A DNA stretch of 63,838 nt, the filler included, from Choristocarpus tenellus KU-1152 (Eukaryota > Protista > Phaeophyceae): assembly GCA_964200185.2 (NCBI GenBank). It is 11 parts of 11 records of this genome, joined end to end, with 100 filler letters (N's around TTAATTAATTAA, not from the genome) between each part and the next. Parts side by side here need not be neighbours in the genome. Positions count along the whole stretch, not along the records: positions 61,191 to 63,838 come from CAXNAD020025983.1; 10 more parts are not named here. One strand, given 5' to 3'. This document shows positions 61,320 to 63,838 of this stretch, piece after piece. Positions within the stretch are counted from its first letter, which is position 1. Every line of letters starts with the position of its first letter. The position numbers were made by a program, and so were the translations under genes. The notes beneath the pieces were generated by a model, which did not search any database, was not told the DNA's origin, and saw only the letters and a program-made list of their open reading frames with translations.

Positions 61320-63540
61320 CAGCAAATGGTGTGTGGTTCCCTGCCTTTCCCCCCTCACCCCAGTCTAGTGTTTTGCTTTTGGCTTGCTCGTAGAACATGA
61401 AGTATAACGCTGAGAACGGCCCGAAGGACAATAGTGTTGCTCCATATCCCTGCACGGATATGAGGCAGATACAAAACCATAGCAAGAGAGTGGAAACAAG
61501 TAATAATGCAAGGGGGCAGATGACACACAAGAAATTGACGGTGTAGGAATTGCTGCGCATCAGCCCACTGCACAGATGTGGTGCTGATTAGCATCACAAA
61601 CTTTAAAGAGTCAATGCCTAACACATTAGAATTTCGGAAAGTAATGCTCAAGACGGCAGAGAAATGTTTCCGTGCTTGCCAAGGCCCTGAAAGTCAACAG
61701 GAGCCTTTTTTGTTACCGTGTTTGTCATGACAGTGTTCCCAGAGACAACACGGACAACCCAGTCGCTCAAGAGTGAACAGGAAATTGCAAGCACGTGTTC
61801 ATTACAAGTATAATGTGAACTTCAATTTAATCCATGCACAGTGCGACGAATTGGGCTTAACATCTCCCACTCACACAACAATGCTGCACACGCGCATACA
61901 CACGACAATGCGTGTACCCACAATAATGAGAAGGTGACTAACCTTGTACACACCACGAAGTCCCTCCATACGTAAGATGGTCTGCAGTGCATGCAGGCTG
62001 CCTTTGTAAGTTGGAAGTCCTTCCCCAGCATGCGGACCTGCCGCAGGCAAAACTCTCACAGACACAGAGTTTACCACTGGCCTCTGTATCTGTAGTCGTC
62101 CTTTCACTACATCTACAGGGACATACACAACACAACTGACAGTCAAACATGGTTGCAACAATGAGAAAAGGAGGATGTGGAAGAGGAGCAGCTGTGAAAG
62201 GAGGCACATCTGAAAATTGCACTGAGGAGACACAGGGGTCAGGGTGAAGAATAATGGTGAGAGGACCGAAAATATTTGGAAAAATTGAATTACTTGTGAT
62301 GGCAGCAGCAAGCAGGCAGAAAGTCCTCGAAATCTGTTGCGGAATAACTTTCAGGAGGGTTGCAGCAACGGTCAAATGGAAATCGAGTACAGAAAAAAAT
62401 ATAAGATTGTGAGGATATACAGTGGTAGAGCTCATATGTAGGTTCACCAATCAAATTTAGCACCAAGTAAGCAATGGGTGTTACTGAGACGAGCGTTTTC
62501 GTACAAAACTCCAACACAATATTTGCTCACCACACAATCTCTGCTAGCATGCCCGCAGTGAAATGGACAGCAAAATTTTCTTGTCCATTCTCTCGCCAAA
62601 GAAGATTCTTGGTGAATTCGTAGGTTGTCAAGTATAAGCAGGTACCCGGGGTACCCCCCACAGCAACAGCACCAAATCCACGATACAGTCCCCGTAAGCC
62701 CTCTTCCCTGTTGCCACCCATTTTCGTCGAAAGAGGATAGTGGGACACAATCTAGATATTTTAAAAGCTTACGAACGCAATAGCACCTACTCTCGGGCTC
62801 TCCCTCGCTACATCTACTATGCTCGTAGATCTCCACATGCTAGGGACAAAATACATAAAATCTTTAAGTAGTTGGAGGTAGTACAGGACCCCATGACGTC
62901 GTGACATCATTGTTGAAGCTCTGACTCGAAGAAGGGATGATTAAAAGAAAGAAAAAGGAACACTGCGAAATATCCACAAGAAAGTGGATCTCGGATTGAC
63001 ATCAGACTTACGCCATGGACACCCGCAACACATGAAGCGTGTTCCGAAAGCAATCGCCTTGTGGACCTTGAAGACGAGCCTGGAAGAAGGGAATGCGGGC
63101 CAGGTGTATATAAGAGAGCATAATTTTGCTCGCTTCCATAGAATCAAAACCGTAGGTATCCCTACTGTTTGCACAGCGAGGTTTCCCATTCTTCGCCCAA
63201 GATGCGGGGACGTTTCTTGTCAAACTCGTTCTTTAAAATGAGGTATCGCTCAACACAGCAACGATGGTCTAGAGAGCCACAATCTACTGGAGAAGCTGTG
63301 CTTACCTTCAAAGTATCAAGAGGGTGACAAATCACTCTGGATGCAAACCCGGCGGTGGCACTCCCCAAACATGTCTCCAGCAACTGAGAAAAGGATGAGG
63401 AAGGTGAAAGAGTAATTTCAACCTTTCAGAAGGTAATGACACTGGCAGACGTCTACCGCAAAATAGGGGCGCCAGTCTTGGCGTTGACAAGGAAATTGTT
63501 GAACTCCACCTTGCTTACCTACCTCACTTCTATCCAGCAT
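61320..63540 (-). CDS. Mitochondrial carrier (SLC25 family), 3'-truncated
   Basis: In-phase exons 63540-63523, 63383-63306, 63079-63012, 62707-62531, 62135-61943 and 61449-61320. Signatures HPLDTLKARLQ, EEGLRGLYRGF, VPVDVVKGRLQ and EGLRGVYKGY; third repeat lost at the contig end. Confidence 0.9.
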
Positions 63541-63777
63541 AGCAGAACGCGTGTCCGTCACAGGACGGCCAGGATCAACTAAAGTAGTAGTAGTTTTGTT
63601 TGGACTGATACATGATCAGAAGCAACATCAACTTCCTCCTACTACATGGAAAAATAGTTTTTTCAAAATTTACTCGTTCTTTAGTAAAACAATTTGACCC
63701 GAACCGATACTTCGATTATCCACTTCGGTATCAATTTCAACTGCTAAAATCATTTATTTAGTATTGAACAGGGGATC

Positions 63778-63838
63778 CTCAAAATTGAGAATGGAGCTTG
63801 ACTATGAGAATGGTTGTTTTGCGAAAACGTACTTAAAA
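63778..63838. mobile_element. Terminus of family D-like repeat
   Basis: CTCAAAATTGAGAATGGAGCTTGACTATG is similar to 35119 onward. Confidence 0.5.

Noticed and set aside
1-63838. Prokaryotic operons, defence systems, viral insertions, rRNA or tRNA genes
   Set aside because: None recognised; all identifiable genes have spliceosomal introns.

Overview
Eukaryotic, intron-containing genomic DNA, most likely a stramenopile and probably a brown alga (inferred from TTAGGG repeats, gene content and the CRE-type LINE). The window is not one locus. It is 11 contigs joined by an artificial 100-bp spacer (44 N + TTAATTAATTAA + 44 N) at 3217, 8079, 12568, 16381, 20523, 23578, 28420, 31055, 35215 and 61091, so adjacency across spacers means nothing. 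By manual splicing I reconstructed complete RAD51B (7 exons) and GPAA1/GAA1 (6 exons) genes arranged head-to-head, and a complete 2-exon five-bladed beta-propeller gene (GT91/GH130-like). Partial genes are a CDPK (3' part, with a 10.6-kb TE-filled intron), an SLC25 mitochondrial carrier, an ARM-repeat protein and several unknown or low-confidence genes. Mobile DNA comprises a decayed Ty1/copia element with both LTRs, a decayed IS630/Tc1-like transposon, several CRE-clade (RLE) non-LTR retrotransposon fragments, two related MITE families with 3-bp TSDs, and two further TIR-like families. The best novelty candidate is that in three independent contigs the 3' tail of the CRE LINE ends a few bases before the same terminal repeat (TTTCACATTTRTGACAACTGTTAC). 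This suggests a LINE that targets the ends of a DNA transposon. All family calls come from motif recognition by eye; no searches were run.
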